Assembly (NCBI GenBank): GCA_024639185.1
Contig: JAHEIW010000002.1
Coordinates: 2,842-66,841 of the forward strand
Origin: Deltaproteobacteria bacterium
GTDB lineage: Bacteria; Desulfobacterota; Desulfobacteria; Desulfobacterales; JAHEIW01
Length of the DNA stretch: 64,000 bases
Direction of reading: 5' to 3'
Shown: positions 36,618 to 46,920 of the stretch, piece by piece
Layout of the letters: every line of letters begins with the position of its first letter
Position numbering within the stretch: position 1 is the first letter of the stretch
Position numbers and translations under genes: made by a program
Notes under the pieces: generated by a model
Databases searched by the model: none
What the model was told of the DNA's origin: nothing
What the model saw: only the letters and a program-made list of their open reading frames with translations

Positions 36618-36893
36618 TTAATCAAAGATGACAGCATATTATAAATATTCAGTAACTTAGAATATTATCTGATATAGAAAGAGAGGGTTGAGAATCTCAG
36701 ATTCGAAAAACTTCAAATTATTTTTCGCATAATTTCTAAGTTGATTTATCGAAGATTATAAAGGTTTGGTAAAAAGGTAAGATTTTCTTTGGATTTCCAC
36801 TGCGAAAAACAATCAATCATTTAGTGATGATATGTAACTACGTAAATTTTCATTCCTAAGGCTTTCCGATTTTCTATTGGCTTCGTCCAGAAA

Positions 36894-37394
36894 TCATGTC
36901 TTTTCTTTTCTCGACAATGAAATAATGTGAACAGGGGTATCGGTTCTACGAATTACTTTTCGGGCTAAACTTGGACAAAGGATTCGGCCCAAAAACTTTC
37001 TTCTGCGAGGCCCAAAAATAATCATTTCACATCCCCACTGATTGGCCTTGTTAACAATTTCCTCTGCTATCTTCCCGTAGTGAACAACAAGGTATGCGAT
37101 TGTATCGAGGTGTTCGGGATGATCATTTGGTTTCGTTTTACTGGTCATCTTAAATTGCCCTTGCATCCGCTGTAATGCGGCCTTCGATTTTTCTTGGAGG
37201 GTTTTGGATCCATGGGTGCTATCAAAAGACATAGGAAAAAAATTAGAAAAGGTAATCGATCCTTGATCGATGATGTGGAAAATAATCAGTTTGGCTTTGT
37301 GATGGTATGCAAGTTTTATGGCGTAAGGGATTGCCGCAATGGAATCCGCTGAAAGATCTGTTGCATAAAGCATTCTATGAAGTTCACTGGCCAT
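36894..37394 (-). CDS. Universal stress protein family
   Basis: 166 aa. MLYATDLSADS...KLIIFHI...CEMIIFGPRRR...VIRRTDTPVHII. Confidence 0.72.
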   Translation of the reverse strand: MASELHRMLYATDLSADSIAAIPYAIKLAYHHKAKLIIFHIIDQGSITFSNFFPMSFDSTHGSKTLQEKSKAALQRMQGQFKMTSKTKPNDHPEHLDTIAYLVVHYGKIAEEIVNKANQWGCEMIIFGPRRRKFLGRILCPSLARKVIRRTDTPVHIISLSRKEKT

Positions 37395-37574
37395 ATAGAA
37401 TATTAATTTTTATCTTTCTGGCTAATTTGATCTGTGAAGTTAATTTAGAGTAATTTCGAAGATTGCCTTTAAAAATGACAAATACAGGCGAGATATCTCA
37501 GGAATGAATTAGATCTATAGATTTTTATTGAAATAAAAAAGAATATAGAAGCGCAGTAATAAGAAGACTGCAAG

Positions 37575-38963
37575 TTAATCACCCAGCAATTTTTTTCTGC
37601 GGTAACGGAAGGTGTGATGATTCATTTTCAGTAACCTTGCGGCTTGGCTTTCATTTCCTTTAGCGATTTTAAGGGCCTGTTCAATATAGTCCCTTTCAAA
37701 TGATTGAAGCTGCTCGGACAAATCAATCCCTTCGGGAGGCAAAAGGGCAAGCTCGGCCTCATTTTTGGCTACGGTAAATTGTTGATGCTGATTTTTAAAT
37801 TCAATGCCCAGGTCCTTCAGTTTGAGCTGAGGTCCAGTGCCGATTAGCACTGCTCCTTCCATGAGATTTTTTAACTCCCGAACATTGCCGGTCCAGTTAT
37901 GCGCCAATAACGCATGCTTGGTATCAGGCGATATGTCGCTAAATTCCTTATTAAACTTAGAGCTGAACTCTTGAAGAAAATATTTCGCCAGGGGCACAAT
38001 ATCGTCTGGCCGCTCGTTTAATGAGGGTACCTGGACTTTGACTACCCCCAGTCGGAAATAAAGATCCTTTCGAAATAAACCGTCGTCGATCATCTTATTA
38101 AGGTCTTTGTTGGTGGCGGAAATTAAGCGGGTTTTGATATGTAATTTTTTGGTCCCCCCGACTCTATAAAATTCGCCGAGCTCAAGAAACCTGAGCAGCT
38201 TGGCCTGGGCTTCAAGACTAAGATCGCCAACTTCATCTAAAAATAAAGTACCATTTGCCGACTCCTCGATTAGCCCTTTCTTACCGGATGCTCCGGCACC
38301 GCTGAAGGCTCCTTTTTCATATCCGAAAAGCTCACTTTCGATCAGATCTTTTGGGATAGCCGCACAGTTTACGGTTGCGAAAGGCGCTTGGAAGTTCGGG
38401 CTGTTATAGTGAATAGCGCTGGCAATTAATTCTTTCCCGGTTCCAGTTTCGCCCATGATGAGCACCGGTGTGTCAGGGCTTTTCGCCACCATTTGGACAA
38501 AGTCCATCACATCCTGAATGGCATTACTCTCCCTGATAAAGCATGGGATATTTTCTTTTAGGTGCTTTTCCTGTAAATGTTGAATTTCCTTTTTTAGCCG
38601 GATTGAATCCAGGGCATTGCGAATCGTGACCTCCAATCCGTCCATGTGGAGCGGCTTGATGACATAGTCATAGGCCCCCAGTTTCATGGCCGATATCACG
38701 GTATCGACATCTTCATAAGCCGTTATCATGATGACCAGTATTTCAGGATTTGAGGATTTGATTTGGCGAAGCGCTTCAATCCCATTCATCCCAGGTAAGC
38801 CAACATCAAGCAATACCAAATCGGGGGGATCCTCTTCCAAGGCATTGATGGCAGGTTCCGCCTGTGGAAAAGACCGAATACGATAATCGGCTTCAAGGGT
38901 CAATGTGATGCCGTCACGTATGGTCTGTTCATCGTCTATAACGAATATGGAAAAGGTAATCAT
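37575..38963 (-). CDS. NtrC-family sigma-54-dependent response regulator (REC-AAA+-HTH)
   Basis: REC (VIDDEQT...LVLLDVGLPGMNG...KP), Walker A GETGTGKE, GAFSGA loop (GAFTGA variant), and a C-terminal Fis-type HTH (GNESQAARLLKMNHHTFRYRRKK). Confidence 0.93.
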   Translation of the reverse strand: MITFSIFVIDDEQTIRDGITLTLEADYRIRSFPQAEPAINALEEDPPDLVLLDVGLPGMNGIEALRQIKSSNPEILVIMITAYEDVDTVISAMKLGAYDYVIKPLHMDGLEVTIRNALDSIRLKKEIQHLQEKHLKENIPCFIRESNAIQDVMDFVQMVAKSPDTPVLIMGETGTGKELIASAIHYNSPNFQAPFATVNCAAIPKDLIESELFGYEKGAFSGAGASGKKGLIEESANGTLFLDEVGDLSLEAQAKLLRFLELGEFYRVGGTKKLHIKTRLISATNKDLNKMIDDGLFRKDLYFRLGVVKVQVPSLNERPDDIVPLAKYFLQEFSSKFNKEFSDISPDTKHALLAHNWTGNVRELKNLMEGAVLIGTGPQLKLKDLGIEFKNQHQQFTVAKNEAELALLPPEGIDLSEQLQSFERDYIEQALKIAKGNESQAARLLKMNHHTFRYRRKKLLGD

Positions 38964-38969
38964 AATTCG

Positions 38970-41648
38970 CTAAGCTCCTTTGCGTTTTTTTAATGGAATT
39001 TCGATCCGAAATTCCGCACCCCCTAATTCACTGGCCGACACGGTCATTGATCCACCGTGATCGCTGATAATTCGGTGACACAAACTCAAACCGATACCGG
39101 TTCCCTCGTGTTTGGTAGTAAAGTACGGATCCAGTATTTTATCTCTCATTTCAAGGGGAACACCCGGTCCTGAATCAGAAACTTGAATAATAATTCGGTC
39201 GGCTTCAACGAAAGACGCAACGACAATATTTTTGCCGGTTTCCATAGTTTTCATAGCTTCGGCAGCATTATTTAAAAGGTTTAATACCATCTCTTCAATT
39301 AAGTTTTTATCTGCATATGATTGCGGCAAATTATTTGACAATAATTTATCGATTTTTATGCCGCTTTTGCCCATCGTCACGGCAGTAAGGTTGATCGCAT
39401 CTGTGATGGGTTCATTGATATCGATTAAGGTTATCTTCGGTTCACTGGGTTTGGCGAAATCCATGACTCTTCGAATAACGGATTCAATTTTAATAGATGC
39501 TGATTGAAGTTGTTTCAATATTTGCTCAACTTTTGCTTCAGTTCCATCCCGGTGATGGAGTTTTTTGAGCGTGTTTAGATAGATATTGATTCCCGAAAGA
39601 GGATTTCGGATTTCATGTGCAATACCGGCTGCCACCCGACCCAGAGATGCCATCTTATCCTGGATGGTTAAGAGATGTTCAAGTTCTTTGGCTTTGGTCA
39701 TGTCCATTATATTGACCAGTATCGCATCTTTCCCCTGAAATTCTATCCGGCTGGCCTGGCAATGGACCCATTTCATTTGGCTCCGATTGGCTCTTCCATC
39801 CTGTGGATAAAATCTGAAATCCATAGATTCAATCGGCAGATTCCCCGACCTGATACTTTTATAAAATGCATCTACCTTTGCGATATCGTCCGGGTGGATA
39901 GAGTCCTTGTCTTTAAATTTAATCGGACGCGGTAATGGACCCAGCAGTCTTTCTTGTTCCGGATTCTGGTAGACGATTTGGTCATTTTGAATGATCGATA
40001 TACCCGTTAAGGAATGTTCTACTAATTCTCGAAAGCGTTTTTCGCTTTCAACTATGGCCGTTTGCGCTCGATCGCGTTCTATGATTCGTCCAATTCGTTC
40101 AGCAATCGTATTTATCAAAGCTCTTTCTTCTATTAAAAACGGTCCCTCATCGCTTTCCGGTCGCTCTTCAAGATAATGAGCAGATAGAACACCAACCGTC
40201 TTATCATTGACAATAATGTTTTGTGCAAGCATCCTTTGTGTTTCTTCAAAGTTTTCTGTGCTGAATTCTTGACTGTCTATGATGATTCTACCACATGTGA
40301 TTTCTGGATACTGATAAGCCGGTGGAATGAGCTCAACGATTCCCTGGAGGATCTCCTCTAGTGTAAGTCTGCGTCTTTCAACCAAACGTGAAATCTCAAA
40401 AAGGCAATTTAACTCTTTAATCCGCTCTTCCACCTCATTCATACTTTTCTGTAAATCTTTCTCTACTGATCTGCGTTTCTTTATCTCTTTATCCAATTCA
40501 TCCCTTGAAGCTGTAACAGCCTTTAACCGGTCAGTCATTTGATCGAATGCCCGTCCCAGCTGTCCGATCTCATTCCGTGCATCGGTAGCAATTTTATGGT
40601 CTAAATTGCCTTTACCGATTTCTTCCGCACCAGCTTGTAAAAGTTGAATCGGATCGGATATGGATTTTCCAACGATAAATGCAGCAAACATACTGATTAC
40701 AATAAGAGCAAGGACGAGCACGAGGACAAAATTTCTTAACGTCGTTATGGGTTCAAAAGCTTCAGCGACGTCTATTTTGGCCACCATCCCCCAGTCCAGC
40801 GAAGGAATGTATCGCCAGGCTGCGATGACTTTTTGCCCGCGGTAGTCCACAGATATTCCACTTCCGTTGTTGCCGTTGAGCGCTTTTTGAACAGGTATGG
40901 CTTGCTTTTCACCAAAATCAACCTTTCTCTTTAGAACTGCACTTGGATCATGACGAAGTGGATTTAGAAACAGAGCTTGATTCCCGGCTTTTTTGGCGAT
41001 CAACGTCTCACCGGTTGTTCCCAAACCGGTCGTATTTTGAATGAGTTCGTAAATGGGTGCCATGTCGCTCTCAAAAGCGGCTACGCCAATGAGCTGGCCC
41101 ATATCAGAACGAATCGGAGCTGAGATGATCATGGAGAATTGGCCGGTTTCGATTTTACTGGCAACAATATCTGAAAGTTGGATTCCGGTTTTGCCATCAT
41201 CAAATGATGTCCCCAACAGGTCCGGTTTGATCGTGCCAAGTATGCCCGAAGCTAAAGAGCGATCCAAAACGTAGACGATCCTTCCCGTCGAATTTATCAG
41301 GATAACGTTTCTGAAATCATAAACCGGCTTATATATTCGAATGGCCTGGTCAAGTTCGTCTCTGATGGCTTCATAAACCGGAGTGGAAAAGTCGCCCGAA
41401 AAGTCTGCAAGCATGGCAGCCAATTTTTTTAGTGTTGGGCGCTCTTGTGCAATCTGGATGTGTTTTTTCTGATCGACGAAAAAGTCTTCTATTCTTTTGA
41501 CCTTGAGATCGGCAATGCTTTGCAATTCTTCCATTCGCAGGGATGTCAGAGCTTTCATGGCGTGATAATATCCAAGCAGACCGACAAAACACATTGGTAT
41601 GATCGTGCACGCCAGAAGAATCATGATCATTTTTTTTCGGACGGTCAT
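38970..41648 (-). CDS. Sensor histidine kinase with periplasmic Cache-like domain, HAMP, GAF/PAS, HisKA and HATPase
   Basis: Two TM helices flank a periplasmic domain of about 270 aa. HAMP, H-box AAGIAHEIRNPLSGI and G-boxes DSGPGV / GTGIGLS are present. Confidence 0.9.
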   Translation of the reverse strand: MTVRKKMIMILLACTIIPMCFVGLLGYYHAMKALTSLRMEELQSIADLKVKRIEDFFVDQKKHIQIAQERPTLKKLAAMLADFSGDFSTPVYEAIRDELDQAIRIYKPVYDFRNVILINSTGRIVYVLDRSLASGILGTIKPDLLGTSFDDGKTGIQLSDIVASKIETGQFSMIISAPIRSDMGQLIGVAAFESDMAPIYELIQNTTGLGTTGETLIAKKAGNQALFLNPLRHDPSAVLKRKVDFGEKQAIPVQKALNGNNGSGISVDYRGQKVIAAWRYIPSLDWGMVAKIDVAEAFEPITTLRNFVLVLVLALIVISMFAAFIVGKSISDPIQLLQAGAEEIGKGNLDHKIATDARNEIGQLGRAFDQMTDRLKAVTASRDELDKEIKKRRSVEKDLQKSMNEVEERIKELNCLFEISRLVERRRLTLEEILQGIVELIPPAYQYPEITCGRIIIDSQEFSTENFEETQRMLAQNIIVNDKTVGVLSAHYLEERPESDEGPFLIEERALINTIAERIGRIIERDRAQTAIVESEKRFRELVEHSLTGISIIQNDQIVYQNPEQERLLGPLPRPIKFKDKDSIHPDDIAKVDAFYKSIRSGNLPIESMDFRFYPQDGRANRSQMKWVHCQASRIEFQGKDAILVNIMDMTKAKELEHLLTIQDKMASLGRVAAGIAHEIRNPLSGINIYLNTLKKLHHRDGTEAKVEQILKQLQSASIKIESVIRRVMDFAKPSEPKITLIDINEPITDAINLTAVTMGKSGIKIDKLLSNNLPQSYADKNLIEEMVLNLLNNAAEAMKTMETGKNIVVASFVEADRIIIQVSDSGPGVPLEMRDKILDPYFTTKHEGTGIGLSLCHRIISDHGGSMTVSASELGGAEFRIEIPLKKRKGA

Positions 41649-41742
41649 GTTAACGACTCTTGTATTTTTAAACGCAGATAAAGTTGGGCGATGCCGATTA
41701 AGTTAGCTTTTAAGCTGGAATTGCAGTCTACTATAACAAATA

Positions 41743-41779
41743 ATTTCGAAATTTTGCGAAAAAAATTTCGAAATTTTTC
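41743..41779. promoter_or_regulatory. Tandem palindromic candidate enhancer (UAS) sites AAATTTCGAAATTT x2
   Basis: aatttcgaaatttt (41743-41756) and aaatttcgaaattttt (41764-41779). The CG centres are 22 bp apart and lie 120 and 98 bp upstream of the GG of the sigma-54 promoter at 41867. Confidence 0.5.
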
Positions 41780-41866
41780 TAAATTTAAAATCCCATTAAT
41801 TTAAATTAAAGGCAAAAATTTAAATAACCCTTTAATTTTAAATAACTTTTCATTAGAACTCCGCAC

Positions 41867-41882
41867 TGGCATACTCCATGCT
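41867..41882 (+). promoter_or_regulatory. Sigma-54 promoter upstream of the hdrD-like / hybrid HK / EBP operon
   Basis: Plus-strand sequence TGGCATACTCCATGCT, about 165 nt upstream of the ATG at 42047. Confidence 0.7.
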
Positions 41883-42046
41883 TTGAAATAATCAATGAAA
41901 AATCCGTACCACCTTCACCTCCAAAGCAGCAATTTGTAAGACACAAATAAATTTTTGAAAGGGGTTCTGTACCGCTGTATTTTCAATAATGTGAGCCTGC
42001 CGTACAGTTTCGTTTAACCGATAAAAAACAAACCAAGGAGGCCCAA

Positions 42047-43354
42047 ATGTCTGATAAGGTCGTCAAACTGGGTGGCAAAAAGAAAAGCCGGTTTATGGAC
42101 AAGGTCATGCAGCTTCTGCCGGAAGGCGGCAATCTGAATCTTTGCCTGACCTGCGGGGCCTGTTCGTCCGGATGCCCGGCCACGGGTCTGGATGGTATGG
42201 ATCCGCGTAAATTTTTACGCATGGCCGCTCTGGGAATGGATGCTGAAATTCTCAAATCGGACTGGCCCTGGATGTGCACCCAGTGCCAGCGCTGCATTTA
42301 TGTCTGTCCAATGAAAATCGACATTCCCCAGCTGGTGTACAATGTGCGCGGAACCCGGCCGCGAGAAGAACGGCCAAAGGGGATCTTGGGTTCCTGTGAT
42401 ATGGCCCTGAAAAATGACAGCTGCAGTGCCATGGGCGCATCGCCGGAGGATTTCACCTTCGTGGTCGAAGACGTTCTGGAAGAGTACCAGGAGGCCCAGC
42501 CCGAATTTAAAGACATGCAGGCACCCATTGACAAACAGGGCGCCACCTTCTTTTTAAATCAAAATTCCAGGGAGCCGGTAACCGAACCCGATGAAATGGT
42601 TCCCCTCTGGAAAATTCTGCACCTGGTGAGCGCGGACTGGACCTATGGGAGTAAGGGCTGGGGCGGGGAAAACTACTGCATGTTTCTGGCCGACAATGAC
42701 TCCTGGGAACACATTGTGCGAACCACCGCCAAACAGGCTGACGATCTGGGCTGCAAGATATATCTGAATACCGAGTGAGGGCATGTCACTTTCTCAGTCC
42801 TGGCAGGACTGAAAAAATTCAACATTGACCACAAATTTGAGGTTAAAAATATCTATGAGTACTATGCGCAATGGATCCGCGAAGGCAAACTTCAGGTCAA
42901 TTCCGATTGGAACAAAGATCTAAAAATCAAGTTTACGGTTCAGGATCCCTGCCAGATCGTGCGCAAAAGCTACGGCGATCCCATCGCCGAAGATCTGCGC
43001 TTTGTGGTCAAAACCCTGGTGGGGGAGGAAAACTTCATTGATATGACCCCCAACCGCTCCAACAATTACTGCTGCGGCGGAGGGGGTGGTTTTCTGCAGT
43101 CCGGCTATAAACAACAGCGGTTGGAATTCGGCCGCTTGAAAGACAATCAAATTCAAGCCACCAAAGCCGACTATTGCATCGCGGGTTGCCACAATTGCCA
43201 CGCCCAGATTCACGAGCTCAGCGACCACTATGGTGGGGGCTACGGTGTCATCCATCTGTGGACCCTGATCTGTTTTGCCCTGGGTATCCTCGGTGAAAAT
43301 GAACGAGAATATCTGAACGATGATCTCAAAGAGGTGGCCGTTTATGGCGCTTAG
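42047..43354 (+). CDS. HdrD/GlpC-like Fe-S oxidoreductase (2x[4Fe-4S] ferredoxin plus CCG domains) with an in-frame UGA at 42776-42778; candidate selenoprotein
   Basis: Track ORFs 42047..42778 and 42959..43354 are in the same frame. No stop occurs between them other than this TGA. There is no ATG and no RBS downstream until far inside the second part. N-terminal motifs CLTCGACSSGCP and CTQCQRCIYVCP. C-terminal CCG motif DPC-x39-CCGGGGG...CHNC. Context is ..KIYLNTE-U-GHVTF... Confidence 0.78.
42789..42814 (+). other. Candidate bacterial SECIS hairpin
   Basis: Stem tcagtcct / aggactga (42793-42800 and 42804-42811) with G-rich apical loop GGC (42801-42803). The stem extends by ttt/aaa with a bulged C. 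The loop lies 25 nt after the UGA. Confidence 0.5.
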
Positions 43355-43368
43355 TACAAGAGAAACCC

Positions 43369-44916
43369 ATGAACACACCCACTAAATGGAAAGTCGTCTT
43401 AATCGATGACGAAGAAGACATTCGAGATGTCCTGGCCGTTGCGCTTCGGGATAGCGGGTATGATGTCATTGCGGCAGAAGATGGCGAAACCGGCTTACGG
43501 TTGTGTGAAGAGACATCCCCCCAAATTGTCGTTACCGATATCCGCATGCCGGGGATGGACGGTCTCCAAGTATTAGAGGTTTTGAAAAACAAGACCCCCG
43601 ATATAGAGGTCATTGTGGCCACTGCATTCGGGGAGATGGACGTGGCTATTCAGGCGCTGCAGCTCGATGCTTCGGATTTTATCACCAAGCCCATCAGCGA
43701 CGAAGCTTTGCATCTGGCACTGAAACGCGCCAAAGCCCGCTTTAGCTCGAAAAAGCAGCTTAGAGACTACACCGCTCTTTTGGAGCGCGAGAAGGCGGAG
43801 ACAAGTCAAGAACTTTTTAAAACCCTATCTTTCCAGAAAAATTTAATTGCGCACTCCATCGACGGCATCCTGGGATGTGACGAAAACAAGCGGGTCATCA
43901 TCTATAATAAAAGCATGGAAAAGATGCTGGGTTACGAGAGCAACGAAGTGTTGCACAAAATGACATTTAGCCATTTTTTATCGCCCGGCGAGGAGCTGAA
44001 CTTTATTGCCGAACTGGAAGATGAGCGTTACGGTGGCAAACACAAGCTACAACTTTATGAAACCACCCTGAAGGCAAAATCCGGCCGCAGGATTCCTGTA
44101 CAAGTATCGGCGACCCCCTTATTTGACCATGAAAACGTCAATGGTCTAGTTTGTTTTTTCAGAGATCTGCAGGAAACCCGAAAGCTAGAAAGAGAAATGG
44201 AGGATCAGGCGCGCATCCTGCATCAGGACAAAATGATGTCTTTAGGACGACTGGCTGCCAGTGTGGTTCACGAGATCAACAACCCGTTAGCGGGAATTTT
44301 AAATTATCTGCGGCTGATGCTCCGGATCCTGGATGAGGAGCAGCTGACAGAAGAGCGGGTGGAAAAATTTAAGCATTATTTAAAGCTGGTCGAAAATGAA
44401 ATCAATCGATGCGCACAGATTGTATCCAGCTTGCTCAATTTCTCGCGCGTATCTCCGCCGGCCTTTGGCGAAGTCCGGATTAAAGAGCTCGTCGAACGCT
44501 GTATCATTTTGAGCCAGCACAAGCTGGAACTGAGCAACATCCAGCTGAAATATAGCATCCAAAATGGCATCCCTGCTGTCCGGGGCGACTTCAACCAACT
44601 GCAGCAATGTATCATCAATCTCATATTCAATGCAATCGATGCCATGTCGGAGGGAGGAACGTTGACCCTGCAAGGACACCATGAATCTGCGACAGGAAAA
44701 GTGGTAATAGCCATAAAAGACACCGGTCAGGGTATTGCCCCTGATGCTCTTCCGTATATTTTTGAACCTTTTTTTACGACGAAAAGTCAAGCTTTTGGCG
44801 TAGGACTCGGCTTGTCGACGGTTTACGGCATTATCGAACGACACAACGGCAGTGTTGATGTCGACAGTCAACCTGGGAAAGGTGCCGTGTTTACGCTAAA
44901 AATACCGGTTCTTTGA
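43369..44916 (+). CDS. Hybrid response regulator / histidine kinase (REC-PAS-HisKA-HATPase)
   Basis: REC (VVLIDDEED...VVTDIRMPGMDG...ITKP), a PAS domain, H-box VVHEINNPLAGI, and G-boxes DTGQGI / GVGLGLS. Confidence 0.9.
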   Translation: MNTPTKWKVVLIDDEEDIRDVLAVALRDSGYDVIAAEDGETGLRLCEETSPQIVVTDIRMPGMDGLQVLEVLKNKTPDIEVIVATAFGEMDVAIQALQLDASDFITKPISDEALHLALKRAKARFSSKKQLRDYTALLEREKAETSQELFKTLSFQKNLIAHSIDGILGCDENKRVIIYNKSMEKMLGYESNEVLHKMTFSHFLSPGEELNFIAELEDERYGGKHKLQLYETTLKAKSGRRIPVQVSATPLFDHENVNGLVCFFRDLQETRKLEREMEDQARILHQDKMMSLGRLAASVVHEINNPLAGILNYLRLMLRILDEEQLTEERVEKFKHYLKLVENEINRCAQIVSSLLNFSRVSPPAFGEVRIKELVERCIILSQHKLELSNIQLKYSIQNGIPAVRGDFNQLQQCIINLIFNAIDAMSEGGTLTLQGHHESATGKVVIAIKDTGQGIAPDALPYIFEPFFTTKSQAFGVGLGLSTVYGIIERHNGSVDVDSQPGKGAVFTLKIPVL

Positions 44917-44937
44917 TCCGACCCGCGAGGATCTGAC

Positions 44938-46677
44938 ATGAATCATGCCACAAATCCAAAGAAAACCAGTGTCCGGTCTGATGAATGGCTTGAGATTCTG
45001 GATGAAATAAATGTCGGCGCTTTTACGGTCGACAACAACCGGCGGGTTGCGTCGATGAACCTGAATGCCCAGGCTTTAATCGGAATGAAAGAAAGTGAGG
45101 CCATCGGAAAAGACTGCCGCGAGGTGTTTGTCGGGGTCCCCTGTCTGGCAAGGTGTCCGTTTAGCGGTTCATCAGATTCGGATACCGAAGAGCCGGTTAT
45201 TCAAATCGAGGACGAAAATCAACAACCCCATTTCGTCACCCGCATGGCAACGCCGGTTTATGGACGGAACCAATCGGCGGCCGGTTGTCTGACGATATTG
45301 CAGGACCATTCACCGATTGCCGATCTGATAGACCGCATTCATTATGAGGAGCGCAGTCTGAAAATAATTCTGGACAACCTTGATGTCGGAATTTTCACCG
45401 TCGACCGCAGTGGTCATATCACTTTTTTTAATACCGAGGCAGAAAAGATTTCAGGCTACAATCGTCGCGACGTTTTGGGTCAATCGTGTACGACGCTGTT
45501 TGAAGGCAAGGGCGTCCGGGATTTGTGTTTATTAAAAGAGTCCATCATTGATGGCGAATCACGCAGCAGCCAGCAGGGTAAAATGATGACACGAGACGGC
45601 GTGACCATCCCCATCCGGGCCAACTACATGGCGCTTCGCAACGAGAAAGGCACGATTGTGGGCGGGTTGGCGACGTTTCATGACCTGACCCTGATACGAC
45701 AGTTTAAGCAGGCGATGCGCAATCGCTATACCTTCCATGATATGGTTGGCAAAAGCCCACTGATGCAAAAAATTTTCGGGATGGTCAATATTGTCGCCTC
45801 CACAGATGCCACCATTCTGATCGAAGGCACAACGGGAACCGGCAAAGACCTGCTGGCCAAGGTCATCCATTCAGCCAGTCACAGGGCGAATAAACCATTT
45901 GTCAAAGTGAATTGCGCCGCCATACCCGATAACCTGATCGAATCGGAGATGTTCGGTTATGTCAAAGGCGCGTTTACCGGGGCCGAAAGAGATAAGATCG
46001 GGCGGTTCCAGGAGGCTGAGGGCGGCACCATTCTTTTAGATGAGATTGGTGATCTACCGCTCCCCTTGCAAGCTAAGCTGCTGCGCGTTATCGAAGATAA
46101 GGAATTTTATCGTTTGGGCAGCCGGCATACGATTAAAGTCAATACCCGCATAATTTCGGCCACAAACCGCAATCTCGAAAAGCTGGTAAAAAACCGGCTT
46201 TTCAGAGAAGATCTTTATTACCGGCTGAACGTGTTCCGTATCGAAATACCTACTCTAAGAGAGCGGCAAGACGATCTACCCCTCTTGATCGGTCACATTT
46301 TAAGACGCCTGGTTGCCGCAGCGGGGCAGCGGCCACCGGAAGTATCTGAAACGGTAATGAAAATTCTGCTGAACTACACCTATCCCGGAAACGTCAGAGA
46401 ACTGGAAAATATTTTAGAGCACGCCCTGATCACCTGCCAGCACGATACCCTCGAAGAGCGACATCTTCCCGAATATCTCATAAGCCCCCAAACCGCACGC
46501 CGACCCGGGCTGCGCGAGAAACAACAGCGCCTTCCGATCCCAGACAATCTGGAGTGTGATGATATTCTGGCCGCCCTCAACCAACACAACTGGCACCGCA
46601 TCCGGACCGCCAGGGCTTTGGGAATGGACCGCACCACGCTCTGGCGTAAGATGAAGAAATTCGGCCTCAGTGATTGA
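44938..46677 (+). CDS. Sigma-54-dependent transcriptional activator with two PAS sensor domains and no receiver
   Basis: Walker A GTTGTGKD, exact GAFTGA loop, ESEMFGY, and a C-terminal HTH ([21 protein letters not shown]). The first PAS carries C60/C69/C73 ([16 protein letters not shown]). Confidence 0.92.
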   Translation: MNHATNPKKTSVRSDEWLEILDEINVGAFTVDNNRRVASMNLNAQALIGMKESEAIGKDCREVFVGVPCLARCPFSGSSDSDTEEPVIQIEDENQQPHFVTRMATPVYGRNQSAAGCLTILQDHSPIADLIDRIHYEERSLKIILDNLDVGIFTVDRSGHITFFNTEAEKISGYNRRDVLGQSCTTLFEGKGVRDLCLLKESIIDGESRSSQQGKMMTRDGVTIPIRANYMALRNEKGTIVGGLATFHDLTLIRQFKQAMRNRYTFHDMVGKSPLMQKIFGMVNIVASTDATILIEGTTGTGKDLLAKVIHSASHRANKPFVKVNCAAIPDNLIESEMFGYVKGAFTGAERDKIGRFQEAEGGTILLDEIGDLPLPLQAKLLRVIEDKEFYRLGSRHTIKVNTRIISATNRNLEKLVKNRLFREDLYYRLNVFRIEIPTLRERQDDLPLLIGHILRRLVAAAGQRPPEVSETVMKILLNYTYPGNVRELENILEHALITCQHDTLEERHLPEYLISPQTARRPGLREKQQRLPIPDNLECDDILAALNQHNWHRIRTARALGMDRTTLWRKMKKFGLSD

Positions 46678-46686
46678 GCTTTTTTT
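46665..46686 (+). terminator. Weak terminator-like hairpin plus T7 run at the end of the EBP gene
   Basis: cctca-gtgat-tgagc followed by ttttttt. The stem is only 4-5 bp. Confidence 0.25.
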
Positions 46687-46742
46687 ATATTCTGACATAA
46701 AGCACCGCTGAACCCAGTTAGTGCAGCATATGTTGCAGATTC

Positions 46743-46754
46743 TGTTGTACAACA
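46743..46754. promoter_or_regulatory. Perfect palindrome TGTTGTACAACA, a candidate UAS for the hdr operon promoter
   Basis: 12-bp perfect palindrome. Related sites are TGCAGCATATGTTGCA (46722-46737) and TGTTGTAAATAGTGCAACA (46817-46835). All lie 85-200 bp upstream of the promoter at 46921. Confidence 0.4.
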
Positions 46755-46920
46755 CCGCGTCTTTAACCAAATTCATTATATTTTATATACTTACAGAGAT
46801 TACGGCCCACGCATCGTGTTGTAAATAGTGCAACATCATTGCGAGCCCCCGTCCTCAAATCATGATCACCACTCCGCTAACCCTCTGTAATTAATATCAT
46901 AGCTTTTTATTCCGCTCACC

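Noticed and set aside
42776-42778. The TGA read as a genuine stop splitting hdrD into two genes
   Set aside because: The downstream half has no start codon or RBS. It is in the same frame, completes the CCG-domain architecture, and a SECIS-like hairpin follows. Selenocysteine read-through is therefore favoured, but this is not proven.
42920-43378. 152-aa minus-strand ORF, plus other antisense ORFs inside the hdr and kinase genes (for example 44380..44871, 47684..48097, 54104..54559)
   Set aside because: These are shadow frames of strongly supported plus-strand genes.
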